From contig MU626374.1 in NCBI GenBank assembly GCA_025603075.1, positions 2,371-66,370 on the forward strand: 64,000 nt of DNA, given 5' to 3'. Positions within the stretch are counted from its first letter, which is position 1. The number at the start of each line of letters is the position of its first letter. This DNA is from Neoconidiobolus thromboides FSU 785 (taxonomy: Eukaryota > Fungi > Entomophthoromycota). Both the position numbers and the translations under genes were made by a program. Shown piece after piece: positions 1 to 12,673 of this stretch. A model generated the notes under the pieces. That model saw only the letters and a list, made by a program, of their open reading frames with translations. It had not been told where the DNA came from and did not search any database.

Positions 1-169
1 TCAAGCATCCTTTTTATCATATATAATTAGTATCTCTTGAGGAATTCCATCGTTTAATTCAGTACAAGTACAATATCACCAAGTACCAATCCTTCATAGG
101 ATTTGGATACACCGATACATGATTAACCATTATAATTAAGAGTAGTGAAATTCTTATTTCTCTTGTCAA

Positions 170-257
170 TTTTTTTGTTTAAAAATTTTATTAACAATCT
201 TTCTGGTCAAATACCGCTTAAAGGTGGAAAAGTAATGAAACCAAAAAAAACATCACC
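170..257 (+). mobile_element. Degenerate copy of the ~98-bp MITE family (left end eroded)
   Basis: caaataccgcttaaaggtggaaaagtaatgaaaccaaaaaaaacatcacc|atat matches the right two-thirds of the family consensus. Confidence 0.7.
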
Positions 258-1301
258 ATATAGTTAATACAAGTGCTAACCAAAAAACTTGAAAAATAGT
301 CTGCTACGGTAAAGGTTAAAGTTGAGGAAGGTTAGAGCAGGGTTTAATTTTATTAGTTAAAACGAGTTAATTAGCTTCTGCTCACATATTACTTACTACT
401 TGAAAACCAACACCTTATCAAAACGAATAGAAATTTGCAAAAAGACCCTTACTGTTCTTAATTGTGACCCAGTTACCTTTAAAATTATAAATGATTTTAA
501 TTTGCATTAATCTTGATTAAGTAATGAGTATTTTTGATATTGGAATACGAACTCAAACGAAAGAAGCAAGTTTAGAATTTGCTAAAGGATTAGGGTTATT
601 ACAACCACGTACATTAAACGCGTTCATTATCAATCTTCAGTTTATTTAAAAACTTAACTTACACATGGAATAAAATCCATATTAAGATGTAATAATCGAA
701 AATGTCAAAAAAAAACTCCATTTTACGTGGTAGTATTTTTCAAAAATCAAAACTAACAATAAGTAAAACAATAAGTTAATCAGTTGCCATTTACTTAAAA
801 TGACTATTGAAGAGGCCTCCTTACATACCCAGTTTTCAAAAAGTACAGTTATGTAATGGAATAAAAAGTTTAAAAATAGGTCAATTAGACAAATCAATTT
901 TACTATAAAAAAATAGGTAGTAAAAACTTCATGATCAAAGCTATCAATTTTATTTATACAAAATAGGAATAGAAAAAGAAAGCCTAGAAAGTGATGCTTA
1001 ATAATTTAAATTAAAAAAATAAAGTTTATTTATGTTCCAGATATAATTCTAATAGTATTGGTTGTTTTCCCCCTAAAGGTTACAATTTTGAAATGTATTG
1101 TAAACATATCAGACTTATAAATTGGAGCTTATCAATCATTAGCAATTAGCGTTGAAAAATATGAATAGTTGAAATACTAAAAAACACATCAACTTTTTAA
1201 TGCTTTATTGACTATAATAAGCAAATAAATAAATAAGAATACAAGATTCTTATTATAATTAATTCAGTGATAAGAGTTGCACCTTGTCAATTATTTTTAA
1301 G

Positions 1302-3139
1302 TTATTTTCTATGCCGTTTAGATTCCTTTTCTGCCTTAGTTTTGATTTCAGAATCATGTTTGATTATTGCGATTTCTCTTTCCATCATCTTTTTTTTAGA
1401 TGAATTTAATATTCGATGAATATAAGCATTGATAGCATAATGCTGGGGAGATTGAACTATTTGATCATATAAAGGTTGAAATTTAATTAACTCCTTTAAT
1501 TCTAAATCACTCAAACCTCCCTTATCAACTTTTTTAAGTTTTTTCTTTTCTGCCGCTTCGGCTAAGTATTCCTAAATAGTAATTATTAATTGTTTCCAAA
1601 AAAAATTCCATAGTTTGATCCTTATCTTTATTTTACTTACCGTGATGCACTCAACACATTTTGTAACTTTATCAGAGTCTTTTTTAGATGTAAAACTAGA
1701 TAGCCTAACGCTGATTTCAGATATATAAGGTGTAATCATATCATCAAAGTATAAAAGCCCTAATGCTTTAATTCCGATGATACCACCGTAGACAAATGAT
1801 AGTGGATTTTTGGGATCCATAATAGCTTTAGCTAATGTAGTGAGTAATCGTTTTTTTAAATTAGGTAATCTATACTCTATCTTTACAAATATCTTTTTTA
1901 TAAGTTCACATGCTTGTTTTCGAATATCCCAATGTAATAGTCCATTAACTTCATTTTTTCCTATCTTTTTTTTGAACAAACAAAGCATACACGTCATTGA
2001 AATTGGATCTAACTTTAACATAATTCAATATTGATAATATAAATAACCATCATGCTTACGTATGGAGTACAAGTAAAGAAAGGATTAGATATTATTTTAT
2101 CTAAAGCATTTAGTAAAGAATTCAAAATAGTTATAGCGCCCATGTGCTTTGAAATCTAAAAACAAATAAGTACTAAAAATAAAAATAACTTTAAATTACC
2201 GTTAAATTGATGTATTTTATTATGTAAGGTAGTAATGGCAACGCCCTTGGGTCCCTGTTTAATGCATTATATGCGGTGTTCAAGCATTCCAAGTTGCCAC
2301 TAATCAAAACATCTGCAATCTCTTTAAATCTATCTTTTTGTTCTTGAGTAAGAATATACACTATTTCTGGCCTTTGTTCCAAATCTTTATCTATTATTTT
2401 TCGATTGTTTACATCCTTTTCTTTGTCATTATTGGTAGCATTTTCATCTGTGTTATTTACAACATCTGAATTTTATTAGTATTTACTTTTTATCTTTAAG
2501 ATAATCTTACATTGGTTCAAATGATTTTTTATTTTAATAGGTACACCTTCAACTGACAGCCAATCCGCTAGTTTAAGTTATTTGAAAAAGTAATAAAGAT
2601 AATTTGAAATAGAATTACCAGCCAAATAACTATCTTCAGGTAGATCCGGAAGCGGAGAAGCTATAAATTTTTCCAAATCAATCGCTTGCTCATTTAAATA
2701 AAATATTTCATTTTTGCCATATTTCAGTTTGCCAAACTCAGCTCTATATTCAGTATTGAATCCATATATTGGCTTGATAAAAATTTTAGTTAGATATTAT
2801 TAAAACACAGCAGTTTTACCTCTTCATTTTTTAATCTCAAAGCATGATTGATATCTTCGATAGTAATTGTTGTCCTTCTACCATGTTTCATAAACTTCGT
2901 AGCTTCCTTTTTATATTATATAAAGTTTATTTTATATCAATGTAAAATTTTACCTGTATTGTTTGTTTGATTCGGAACTCAACATCATTTGCTAATGTAG
3001 ATATGCTGCTTTCAGATAATGAATTAATACCTATTGAACTTGCAGTCTCCTTTTATAATATTTTAAATGGTTTTGAAATTGAATTATTTAAGGTACATAC
3101 TTCGATTGCTTCTACAGGATAGATTGAATCAGTGTCCAT
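1302..3139 (-). CDS. TAF6: Transcription initiation factor TFIID subunit 6 (multi-exon)
   Basis: Spliced histone-fold N-terminus MDTDSIYPVEAIE/ETASSIGINSLSESSISTLANDVEFRIKQTIQ/EATKFMKHGRRTTITIEDINHALRLK; HWLSVEGVP; C-terminal HEAT region LHWDIRKQACELIKKI...YGGIIGIKALG; ATG at 3139, stop at 1302. Confidence 0.92.
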
Positions 3140-3363
3140 TTAATAAAAGTTTAGCATTAATCAAACAATATGGCTTAAATAAGTTTAAATTTATTAATCT
3201 CAATTTAGTGATAAAATTTTATGAAATTTTGGACAAACCAAAATGAACAAATCCAATCCTTAGTAGTCATAGAACTAGTTTTAGACCAAGTAAAATTCAA
3301 AGTGTATAAATTCATTAGTTAAAATCTTAATCTTTCTTTTGAATTTCTTGAAATTTTCAAACT

Positions 3364-4507
3364 ATGGGAGGACAAGATAAGCTATTAGATGATGCAAAAA
3401 AATTCCGACGGGCAATAGCTAGTCAAGAGGTTTTTAGTAAGCCAGTAATTCGGCCTATGGCTGATAAATATGGCCTTAACAGAGGGAAAGGGAATAAAAT
3501 TCAGAGTTTAGCTGAAGAAGAAGAAAAGAAGCAAAAAGCAGAAGAGAGGAAGCGTATGATTAAAGAAAGTAAACATGATTGAAAATTGATCTTCTTTTCT
3601 AATATCTTCAACTTAGGCCAATCAAAGGGTATTGCCCCAAAAGCTTCTATGAGTTCGGCATATGAAGCTATTGAATTATTAAAAGTAATAACTCCATTGT
3701 TTTGAATTGGTTAATATTAAATTGAACTTAGAGAACACGTGAACCCAAAACAATTAAACAAATAATCAAGGAGCTTAATCTCGATGAATGGGAAGAAGCT
3801 GGGTTATATAGTTTTTTAACAGGTACTGATAAAGCCACACATAATCTTACGAATGATACATTTGAGTTTAAAGTAAATTTTAACCAAAAAGTCATGGAAC
3901 TACTAATTATATAAGCCCGATCATGATGTCAAAAACTGTGAAGATTTATTAAGAATTGTTCACTCACAATATAGAGATAATTTAAATGGGGAAGATGATT
4001 CACCAATTGCTTTTGAAATGAAAAAACTCATTGAATGTGCACAAGATCCAATTCCTTTTGCTGAAGAACTTTTAGCTAAAAATCAAGTGTACGCTTTTAG
4101 AGGAAAAGAACAGGTGATTAAAAATTTGTATTATAATACATATACTGCACCATGTGAACTTGCTTCTGGTATAAATCCATCAACCTAAATTTCAATAGCA
4201 TTGATTGTTTTTTATTTAGAATTTAAAAATATGTGGAAGAAACTTAAGATCCCAGATGAAGCGGATCTTATCTCACAAATGGAGAAAAGTAAGTAAAATG
4301 AAATTTAGTCGTTTTCTTTTATTGATCTTATTATAGAGGGTCTAAGGACTATGGAGACCTTTGTTAAAAAGGAACTTCCAGAGGTAATTAGAATTAGTTA
4401 TTTAATGTCATAAACTATAAAAAAATTTGAAGGATACTAAACCAATTATTAAAAAACCTCGTCAATCGAATCGTAAGCAAAAGGTTACCAATACTCATTT
4501 GCTTTAA
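3364..4507 (+). CDS. TFA2: Transcription initiation factor TFIIE beta subunit (multi-exon)
   Basis: Spliced exons give FEFK/PDHDVKNCEDLLRIVHSQ, EFKNMWKKLKIPDEADLISQMEK.GLRTM and C-terminal KKPRQSNRKQKVTNTHLL*, matching the yeast Tfa2 pattern (YLSTYDV..LL.LL.SQ; FVKMW..V.LP; RKGKITNTH). Confidence 0.85.
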
Positions 4508-5983
4508 ATGACAGATTCTATTTAAAAAAGAGTATACCCTCTTAGCCTTACTGCACTTTAATTTTCAAATGGAGTACCTTAACGCTATACAACCTTACCA
4601 CTTATAACGAACCGAGTTTTATTCTTATTATGAACTATAATAATAAATATATATGCTACATGAAAGCTCTGTACAAAGTAGCTTACTAAATTACATTATT
4701 TCTATCTGTTAGTTCTCATAGCTTTAACCTGAATTCTTTGAATTCTATAAATTATTGAAAATAGATATTTTTAAAAATTAACATTAAGTATACATGTTGT
4801 TTAGTCTTACATGCTAGCCACTTAATTTTTGCATAATATTAGTGTATAATACTCAGTTATAAACGTTTACAATTTTAAGTTAAAGATTTAACTTAAAATA
4901 AGGTTCAAATAGATATAAAACAAAACTTAAATCCTCCTCTTCAATAGTTAAAAGGAATAAAGTTTAAACTCGTTTTCAATTGAATATTTTTACTTCTTCC
5001 ACTGTCTAAAAGACTTACAATCTTTTTTTTCTTTTTGTCATTTTGTTTGCTTTTTAAGAATAAAAGATGGAAAATCATTAGATAATTTTTTGAAAAAAAT
5101 ATCCCCCAAAAAATTGTCAATTGTAAAATATAAACTATAAAAATTATAAAGTCCAATTTAAATTGTTAATGTATTTATATCATATATTATATATTGTATA
5201 TTATATTATATATTATATATTATATCATCATAAAAATGGATACTTTTTTATTATTGATTGTTTGAGCGAGTAGCTCGTGAGTCTTGTGTTTGAGTAAAAG
5301 CTGGACATTTTCATGTTTTTATTAAAATAGCTTCGAAGAAATATATAGAAATTGCTTTTGAAACTTCCTTAAGTGGCGAAGGGGGCTCATTCCACTATAA
5401 TAAGTTTTTTGTGATATCAAAAAAATTCACACTGTTTTTGATTATTTAGAATCAATCCAAAAATTCCACTATTTTATAAATAATAAAATGGAAAAATTAA
5501 AAATTACTATCATAAGAATGATAAAGTTTAATATATAATGCCGCATAAGAACATGGAGGGATTAATATGTGTTCTCTTAATAAGTTTACTGTAATGAAAA
5601 TAAGAATAGATTATGGAACTTTGATGGAGAAATAATAATTTGGCCATGAATTAAGTTGATAGATAATAGTATAGTATTTTGATAAGTAATATATGTACTA
5701 TATGCCATTGATTATAATAAATAATAACTAATAAAGAACAGGTTAAAAAGGATATCCATTATTGAAAAGGAAGCTTAATTTCAAGATTTTTTGAGCATAG
5801 AATTTATTCTTTATTTTTGTTATAATTTAAGAAGCCAATTTCTAGTTAAATAATATGACGGACAAATTTTAACACGGAGGATTGAATTGAATGGGAAAAT
5901 TATATAAATCAAACAAAAGCTCTTGAAAGTCATTGATTTTTATTTTCAACTGAATTATTAAATAAATAAGAAAAAAAGAAAGC

Positions 5984-6727
5984 ATGAGTACTACTGATAC
6001 TACACCTCAAATATCGGATGAAGCGATGGATCAAGGGATGAGTTTATTAGAAGAACTAATGACTAAACTTTCTGGTGTTGCATTTGGTACCTTACTTGCT
6101 ATGGGTATTATTATGTTTATAATTGGTACTATATTACTTGTAAAAAATCGACGAGCTATCAAAATTTTATATTTTTATTCAGGCTTAAAATTTTTTACAA
6201 TGTTATCTTTTATGATTGGTTTATTTATATTATCTAAAAAGGAAGTGGAAACTTCTACTCCATTTTTTATATTAGGCGGTTCAAGTTTAGCAGTGGGTTT
6301 AGTTGGTGCTGTTATTTCAGCTTGTTTCGGTCGATTTGGTATAATTGTGTTGGGTTTACAAGCTGGTTGGTCTATTTGGTCTATATTTTCTGTATTTATA
6401 AAAAATCAAATAGTTAATTTATCTGTGGGATTAGTTGTTGCTGTTATATTTGCTATTATCTGTGGTGTATTTAAACGACCAATGGAAATTTTGATTGCTT
6501 CTTTTACAGGTGCTAATAACTTTTCTTTTGGTTTATTATATATTATTGTTTCGATCCTTGGTTTTGCTGGTTCCCCCGCATTAGCTTTTGAAAAAGCTTT
6601 CCCTTATGGTTCGATTGCTGCTTTAGTTTTAACTCTAATCCTCTTTATTGTTTCTATGTGGTATCATTATTCTGCTTTTGTAGATGCAAGAAGAGCAGAA
6701 CATCAACCACTTATGGCTGAAGTTTAA
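5984..6727 (+). CDS. Multipass membrane protein, DUF4203/TMEM198-like, paralog 1
   Basis: Intronless 247-aa ORF with ~7 hydrophobic helices; clear paralog of 49076..49909; family name is by resemblance only. Confidence 0.75.
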   Translation: MSTTDTTPQISDEAMDQGMSLLEELMTKLSGVAFGTLLAMGIIMFIIGTILLVKNRRAIKILYFYSGLKFFTMLSFMIGLFILSKKEVETSTPFFILGGSSLAVGLVGAVISACFGRFGIIVLGLQAGWSIWSIFSVFIKNQIVNLSVGLVVAVIFAIICGVFKRPMEILIASFTGANNFSFGLLYIIVSILGFAGSPALAFEKAFPYGSIAALVLTLILFIVSMWYHYSAFVDARRAEHQPLMAEV

Positions 6728-7594
6728 ATATTCTTATATTTGTCTATAATTTATATATGAAATTTCAATATAAAAAAATTGTAAATTTATAATTATCTAA
6801 TTTGTCTTAATTATTATTATTTTAAAAATACAGTAAATTGAATTCATATTATTTAATATTGTAAAACTTGATTTTATTGAAATTATAATGAAAAAATGCT
6901 ATTATTTTTTTAAACATACCAGCTCAATAAAGACAAGGTAGTGGTTTATTTCAGGAATATCAAAATTAGAAATAGCTCATTCAATGTGTGACCCAATCAA
7001 TAGGTATTAGGAGGGAGAGAGACAAGGACTATGCAACCATTTATAACCTTTTTTAGATCTAGAGGCACCATGAAAATATGTTTACATCTCCTGAAGAATA
7101 ATGCTATTACTTTTAAAGTTGGCTCTCTTAGAATTAGGTATTTTATTCCTTTTTATTTCTTTTTCCACAATTTAAGTAAAGCATTGAATGGAAACCTTAG
7201 CAACATTTGATAAAGATAAAAAAAATCCAAAAAGACGACAAACGAAATAAATAAAAAGCCAAGAATATTCTTTGATTTTATAGACAATTTTTTGCAACCT
7301 GTAGTAAAAATAATTCTAACAATGGGACTTGCACCTAGTTCAATAACTAACCTGGGATCTTCTAGAGTAGTTTGGTCATCCTTCTATAAGAAAGACTCAA
7401 CCATTAAAACACCTGGGGATGTCCGGATTGGTTTCATTCTTTATTCACTTTTTAAATATCGCCTATATACTTATTATAATTATCTGATGTTTAAGTTTAA
7501 TTTTATACTTTATTATAAAAAATTAAATAGCATTTTAAAGCAATCCTGATATAAGGGTAAAACTGATTTTTTTAATTACTTTTAATTATCATAT

Positions 7595-7692
7595 GGGGAT
7601 GTTTTTTTAGTTTAGTTACTTTTTCCATCTTTTAAGCACTATTTGAGTGGAAAGACTGTTGGTAAAATTCTTAAATACAAAAATATATCCTC
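7595..7692 (-). mobile_element. ~98-bp MITE copy
   Basis: atat|GGGGATGTTTTTTT...AAAAATATATCCTC|atat; 4-bp TSD ATAT. Confidence 0.85.
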
Positions 7693-8169
7693 ATATTTTA
7701 TTTATTATAGTTTAATATTTTTGATAAATAAGCTAAATATATAAAAATGTATTTTTTATTTAAAAATTTTATTGATAGCTTTTTTATTCAAATACATTTA
7801 AGAAATAGAAAAAGAACAAAATTAGAAAAGCATTCTTATATAGTTGATTTAGAAACTAAACTTCTTAATATACCCAGTTATTTTAAATTTAGAAAGTAAA
7901 TAAACATTAAAAAAAGTTTTTTAGTTGTTTTTTAAATTAATTAAAGTTAGGCAAGAAACTAATAGCACTTTTATTTTTATTTTTATTTAAAAAAAGCTTT
8001 AATTGGTTTTTAGATTTTTAACAGTTTTTTTGTTTTCTTATTACGCCAGATTCTGCTATAATAAATAATACCTTTTTTTAAACCCAGTTTGATATTTTTT
8101 AATTATTTTCCCTGATTTAAGCTAACTGTTTAATCCCTTGTTTTAATAAAAATGCTTTAAGCTTCAATA

Positions 8170-8797
8170 TGTGGAATCTGATACTCAGTGTTTAGAGTCA
8201 AGAACAGCTATTGCTGGGTTGATTACATTATAAGTCGAAAGGTCTTAGTTTATGTAACTAAGATAGACTTGACTTATGAAGAATAGCATGTAATAGGCTA
8301 CAGATTATTTAAAACAAATAGAATAGATGATACTGTGAAATATCCCTTTGTCAGTCCCATGGTTAGTTATAGCATAACAATCGCCTAAGCTGTTGTGTTC
8401 TCGAGTTCAGAGAAAATCAATCCCACGTTCTTAGTTTGATTTGCTATGAGAATTTCTAGCTCCATCTCAAAGAACATCATCTTCTCATTTTGATATTTAT
8501 ACTTTTCAGAGTATAAAAGAGTTTACAAAGTATAGTAATTCGAGGCTTTTTAACTGTATTATTTCCTGATATCTCGTACATTTAATAAAACCACTAAGTT
8601 TTCTTAATAGTGTTTTACGTAGATTTTACATTAGTGTTGTCTATTCTGTTTGTCTTATATAGCTTGTAACCTATTACGTCCTATTCCTCATAACCCGAGT
8701 CTATCTTAGTTACATAAACTAAGACTTTTCGACTTATAGTGTAATCAACCCATCAATGGCTGTTCTTGACTCTAAACACTGAGTACCAGATTTCACA
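8170..8797. mobile_element. ~630-bp non-autonomous foldback element with ~158-bp terminal inverted repeats
   Basis: 8170-8327 is the reverse complement of 8640-8797 with scattered mismatches (e.g. ctcagtgtttagagtcaagaacagc / gctgttcttgactctaaacactgag); ~310-bp non-coding spacer. Confidence 0.8.
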
Positions 8798-9083
8798 AAT
8801 TATATCATTATATGGTATATATTTTTAATTAGTACCTAACTTTAGCTTTATTTTTATTTATAAATTTTTATAAGCTGTATAGTTAATCAATAATGATCAA
8901 TAATATAATAACAGTTTATCGTTATTGAATAATCTAAAATTAGATTTAATAAAAAGTATTGACTAAATAAGCAGTATTTTTTTAAATAAAATATTAGTTT
9001 TTATTAAACAGATTGCTAACTAAATTTAATCAGATATAAGCACTAATTTTAATCCCCCTAACCTAGCTTTATTAAGAATATAT

Positions 9084-9181
9084 GGGGCTGTTTTTTTTAG
9101 TTTCATTATTTTTCCATTTTTTAAGCACTATTTGAGCAGAAAGTTTGTTAGTAAAATTCTTAAACACAAAAGTATATCCCC
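9084..9181 (-). mobile_element. ~98-bp MITE copy
   Basis: atat|GGGGCTGTTTTTTTT...GTATATCCCC|agat. Confidence 0.85.
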
Positions 9182-9433
9182 AGATATTACTTGGTTTGAT
9201 GTCAAAAGCGTATAGCCATTTAAAAAATAAATTAAAGGAAGTGAATTTTTTTGATGTCAACCCGTATTATATACTGAAGGGTTTAATACTAAATCGATGT
9301 CTTTATATGTATGTGAAATTATAAGAGAAATTAATACATATGAAAATAATAATAGCTTAAATGAATAAAAAAAATATCATACTCTTTTAAATTGTATCCA
9401 ATTCACAAGATCGTCCCTTTAGGAATAAAATAT

Positions 9434-9529
9434 GGGGCTGTTTTTTTGGCTTCATTACTTTTTCTCTTTCAAGCGCTATTTGAGCTCAAAATTTGTTAGT
9501 AAAAGTCTTAAATATAAAAATACGTCCCC
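9434..9529 (-). mobile_element. ~98-bp MITE copy
   Basis: atat|GGGGCTGTTTTTTT...AATACGTCCCC|atat; TSD ATAT. Confidence 0.85.
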
Positions 9530-10340
9530 ATATTCTAATAATAGTAGGTTTGTTTTTTATCAGTCGTCACGAGTTTGATATATATACTATTTATTATGTC
9601 CTGGTTAATATGAAAAATTAAAAAAATAGCAATCTAATATTATATGTTATCAATTAAAACCATTTAACGATATAACAGAAGGTAATAACTATCCAGAGTT
9701 AAAGAAATGAATTTACTCTTATACTCCTAATGCATAGATTGTTTTAATTGTTAGTGGTCGTTTTAAATATTTATAGTTTAGATCAAGTTTTGAGAAAAAA
9801 ATATTCACACGGAATTAAACAAAAAAAACTATTATTTATTATAAAATCATAAATTACTATTATTTAGAACATTTTAGGATTAATTAACTTTTACTTTAGT
9901 TCATATCTTTTAAAGAATAGATGAAATCTTAATGGTGATCGTTACTAGATATTTATTATTATCCTTTAAGAAGATTCTTAATTTTTTATAAACATAAATC
10001 AAAATAAGTTCAATTATTTTATTTATATCACTTTTCAGCAGTACTTGATTATTTTTGTAAATGTTTTGATATGATCTATTTTTACGCAAATTGGAATGTA
10101 TAATTGACGAAAAAATATATAATATTTTCTGATTAGAGGCATTAATATTATAATTATTTAACAATTATCTTTGCACTATCGCTTTGAACTTTTAGATAGT
10201 TATATTTTTCTTAGCCTCATTTCTATCCCCTATTAGTTCCATTTAACTATTTCATATATCCCATAATTTTTTTAGACTGATCAAAGCTTAATAAGCGTAA
10301 TCAGACTAAGTGGCACTTTTTAGCTCACTAAAGAATACTT

Positions 10341-11181
10341 ATGCTAAGATTAATCACCAAAACTAAAAGAGGAATGCAAAGGCTAGGACATGAGCTATTA
10401 AAAGCAAATAGTTATTGCAATAAAATAAACTCTTCAGCTATGAATAACAATGAGATTGATACTTTATTAAATCATAATCAAGTATGGAGTAAAGCCCAAC
10501 AAAAAGAAAAAGATGCTTTGTTTAAAAAACTAGCGGTAGGTCAAAGTCCTAAATTTTTATGGCTGGGTTGTAGTGATTCTAGGGTACCTGAAAGCACTAT
10601 CTTTAACCAAGGTAAATCAAATAAGCTCTCTTTTTTAAACCAAAAGCTCATTTCATTCAGATCCTGGTACTTTTTTCGTGCATCGAAATGTTGCCAACGT
10701 AATAAAAAAAGATGATCCAAGTTTATTAGCTGCTTTGGATTTTTCTATTAGAGTATTGAAAGTTGAACATATTATTTTATGTGGCCATTCTGATTGTGGT
10801 GGTGTCAAAGCTTCATTTACAGGTTCTAATATTCCTAATGTAGACCAATGGCTTTCTCCTGTTATGAAGTTATGCAAAGGTAATTGTTTTATGTACGTTC
10901 GATTTATTATTAATATGTTTTTATTTTACTTTAGAACACCAAAAAGAATTTGATGGTAATATTGTTATATACTTTATGAAATAATTTTTATTTAGTTTTG
11001 TTTAGAAAATTTTAATAATCAAGAAGATAAAGAGGAAGCATTGTGTCATCTTAATATTTTCAATGGTATTAAAACGTTGAAGGAAATTCCAGTAGTCAAA
11101 GAAGCTTTAAGTAACCTCTATATACACTCATGGATTTATGATGTAGGTACGGGTAAAATAAAAGTTTTAAATAAAGAGTAA
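10341..11181 (+). CDS. NCE103: Beta-class carbonic anhydrase (multi-exon)
   Basis: GQSPKFLWLGCSDSRVPE, spliced NQ/DPGTFFVHRNVANV, CGHSDCGGVKA, last exon HSWIYDVGTGKIKVL; Zn ligands C-x-D-x-R and H-x-x-C intact. Confidence 0.95.
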
Positions 11182-11218
11182 AAAAACATTATTTCATTAT
11201 TACCGTTATTAATTTTTA

Positions 11219-12673
11219 TTACATTAAAATTTCATTGTGGAAATTTTCCTTTAACTCCTTATTGGGTAATACAAGACAATTACGTATAATTAACTCATCT
11301 TTGACTTTAACTTCTTTACCAAGAATAGTCGTTGATTGGATTTTAATTCCATTCTTAGTAATGGTAGAATGCCCATCACTGAAACTTCCTTGGATACGTA
11401 CCCATCTTCCAATAGACGATCCCCATCCAATAATAGAATGTACGATGCAAGCGTCAGACTATAATAAAATGCAATAAATAAAAATGGCTTATAATGAAAA
11501 ATGTGTTTACTTTGACTTGGACATTATCTAATATAATTGATTCTCTGATACGTACACCATCCTCGAGTACAACATTTGGTCCAATAGAAACATTTGGTCC
11601 AAGCTGAATAAAGCTGTTAAATACAAATATAATAATAAACAATATTTAATTACTTTGACATTAGCACCGATAGTGGCACTTGGGTGAATGGAAACATTAC
11701 CAACAATTTCTGCTTTTTCTCCATTTTTAGCAATTAAACTTGAGTTTGCTTTGGCCATTTCTTCAAGGTATAAAGCATTTGATGGGATGGCAGAACTAAA
11801 TAGATTAATATATAATAAACCAATAGGATTTAAAATTACCTTGCAGTACTAAGTTGACGCCATGGTGTATTAATAGAATATACATAAATCTTCTTAGAAC
11901 CAGCTAACGGTTGAAGTAAATCTTGTTCTAAACGTAAAACATCACTAGCTACATGTGTATCACTACTCAAGTTATATTAAACTATAAATATATTAATTTT
12001 AATATTATTTACCGAGTATCTACTTTCTCTTTAGCTAATTTGATTTCATCAAAGACTGAAGTATCAAAAAGATAAACACCACATGAAATCAAATCAGAAA
12101 TAAAGGTTTCTGGCTTTTCAACATAGTGTAAAACTTCATTGGTATTAGAATCCGCTACTAAACAACCGTAATTTTTGGCTTCTTCACGCGATACCTAATA
12201 ATTGTTTAGTAATATCCTTTATTATTTTTGATCTCAATTACTTTAGTGCCGACAATGGTACAAAGTCTATCAGAGGTATTATGGTCCTCAATGATGCTTT
12301 CAAATGGTAAAGATGCACAAACATCAGCATGGATAACAAAGATCTGTTTAGGGTTTCCACGACGGAATTCATCTCTGAAGTGATAAATACCACCAGCAGT
12401 ACCCATAGCTTGATATTCACGAAGGTACTTAACATTTAAATTTGGGAAATCAGCTTTGACTTTGTTTAAAAACGGAGCAAATACAGAGTCTTCAAAGAAA
12501 CCAATTAAATATACTTCGTTAAGCTCTTTGACTTTGCTTAATTGAACTAAATGATGATAAATTACTGGCTCTCCACCAATTGGAAATAAGGGCTTTGGTA
12601 AATCTAAACTTAATGGTCTAAATCTAGTTCCTCGACTTGGTCCTCCTACTAAAATTGCTGCTTTGACACTCAT
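11219..12673 (-). CDS. GMPPA: Mannose-1-phosphate guanyltransferase alpha (GMPPA/Psa2-like), multi-exon
   Basis: KAAILVGGPSRGTRFRPLSLDLPKPLFP, EYQAMGTAGGIYHFRD, hexapeptide repeats IHPSATIGANV/LGPNVSIGPNV, C-terminus VLPNKELKENFHNEILM*. Confidence 0.93.

Noticed and set aside
500-640. KEASLEFAKGLGLL segment resembling a Merlin/ISXO2 transposase N-terminus
   Set aside because: Too short, with no downstream Cys or DDE motifs
5180-5230. AT-rich microsatellites (also ~29388-29420 and ~35630-35680)
   Set aside because: Ordinary low-complexity repeats in an AT-rich genome
7595-9529. Clustered repeats as a CRISPR-like array or structured ncRNA
   Set aside because: Copies are dispersed, occur in both orientations, have TSDs, and lack regular spacers; eukaryotic context; MITE explains them
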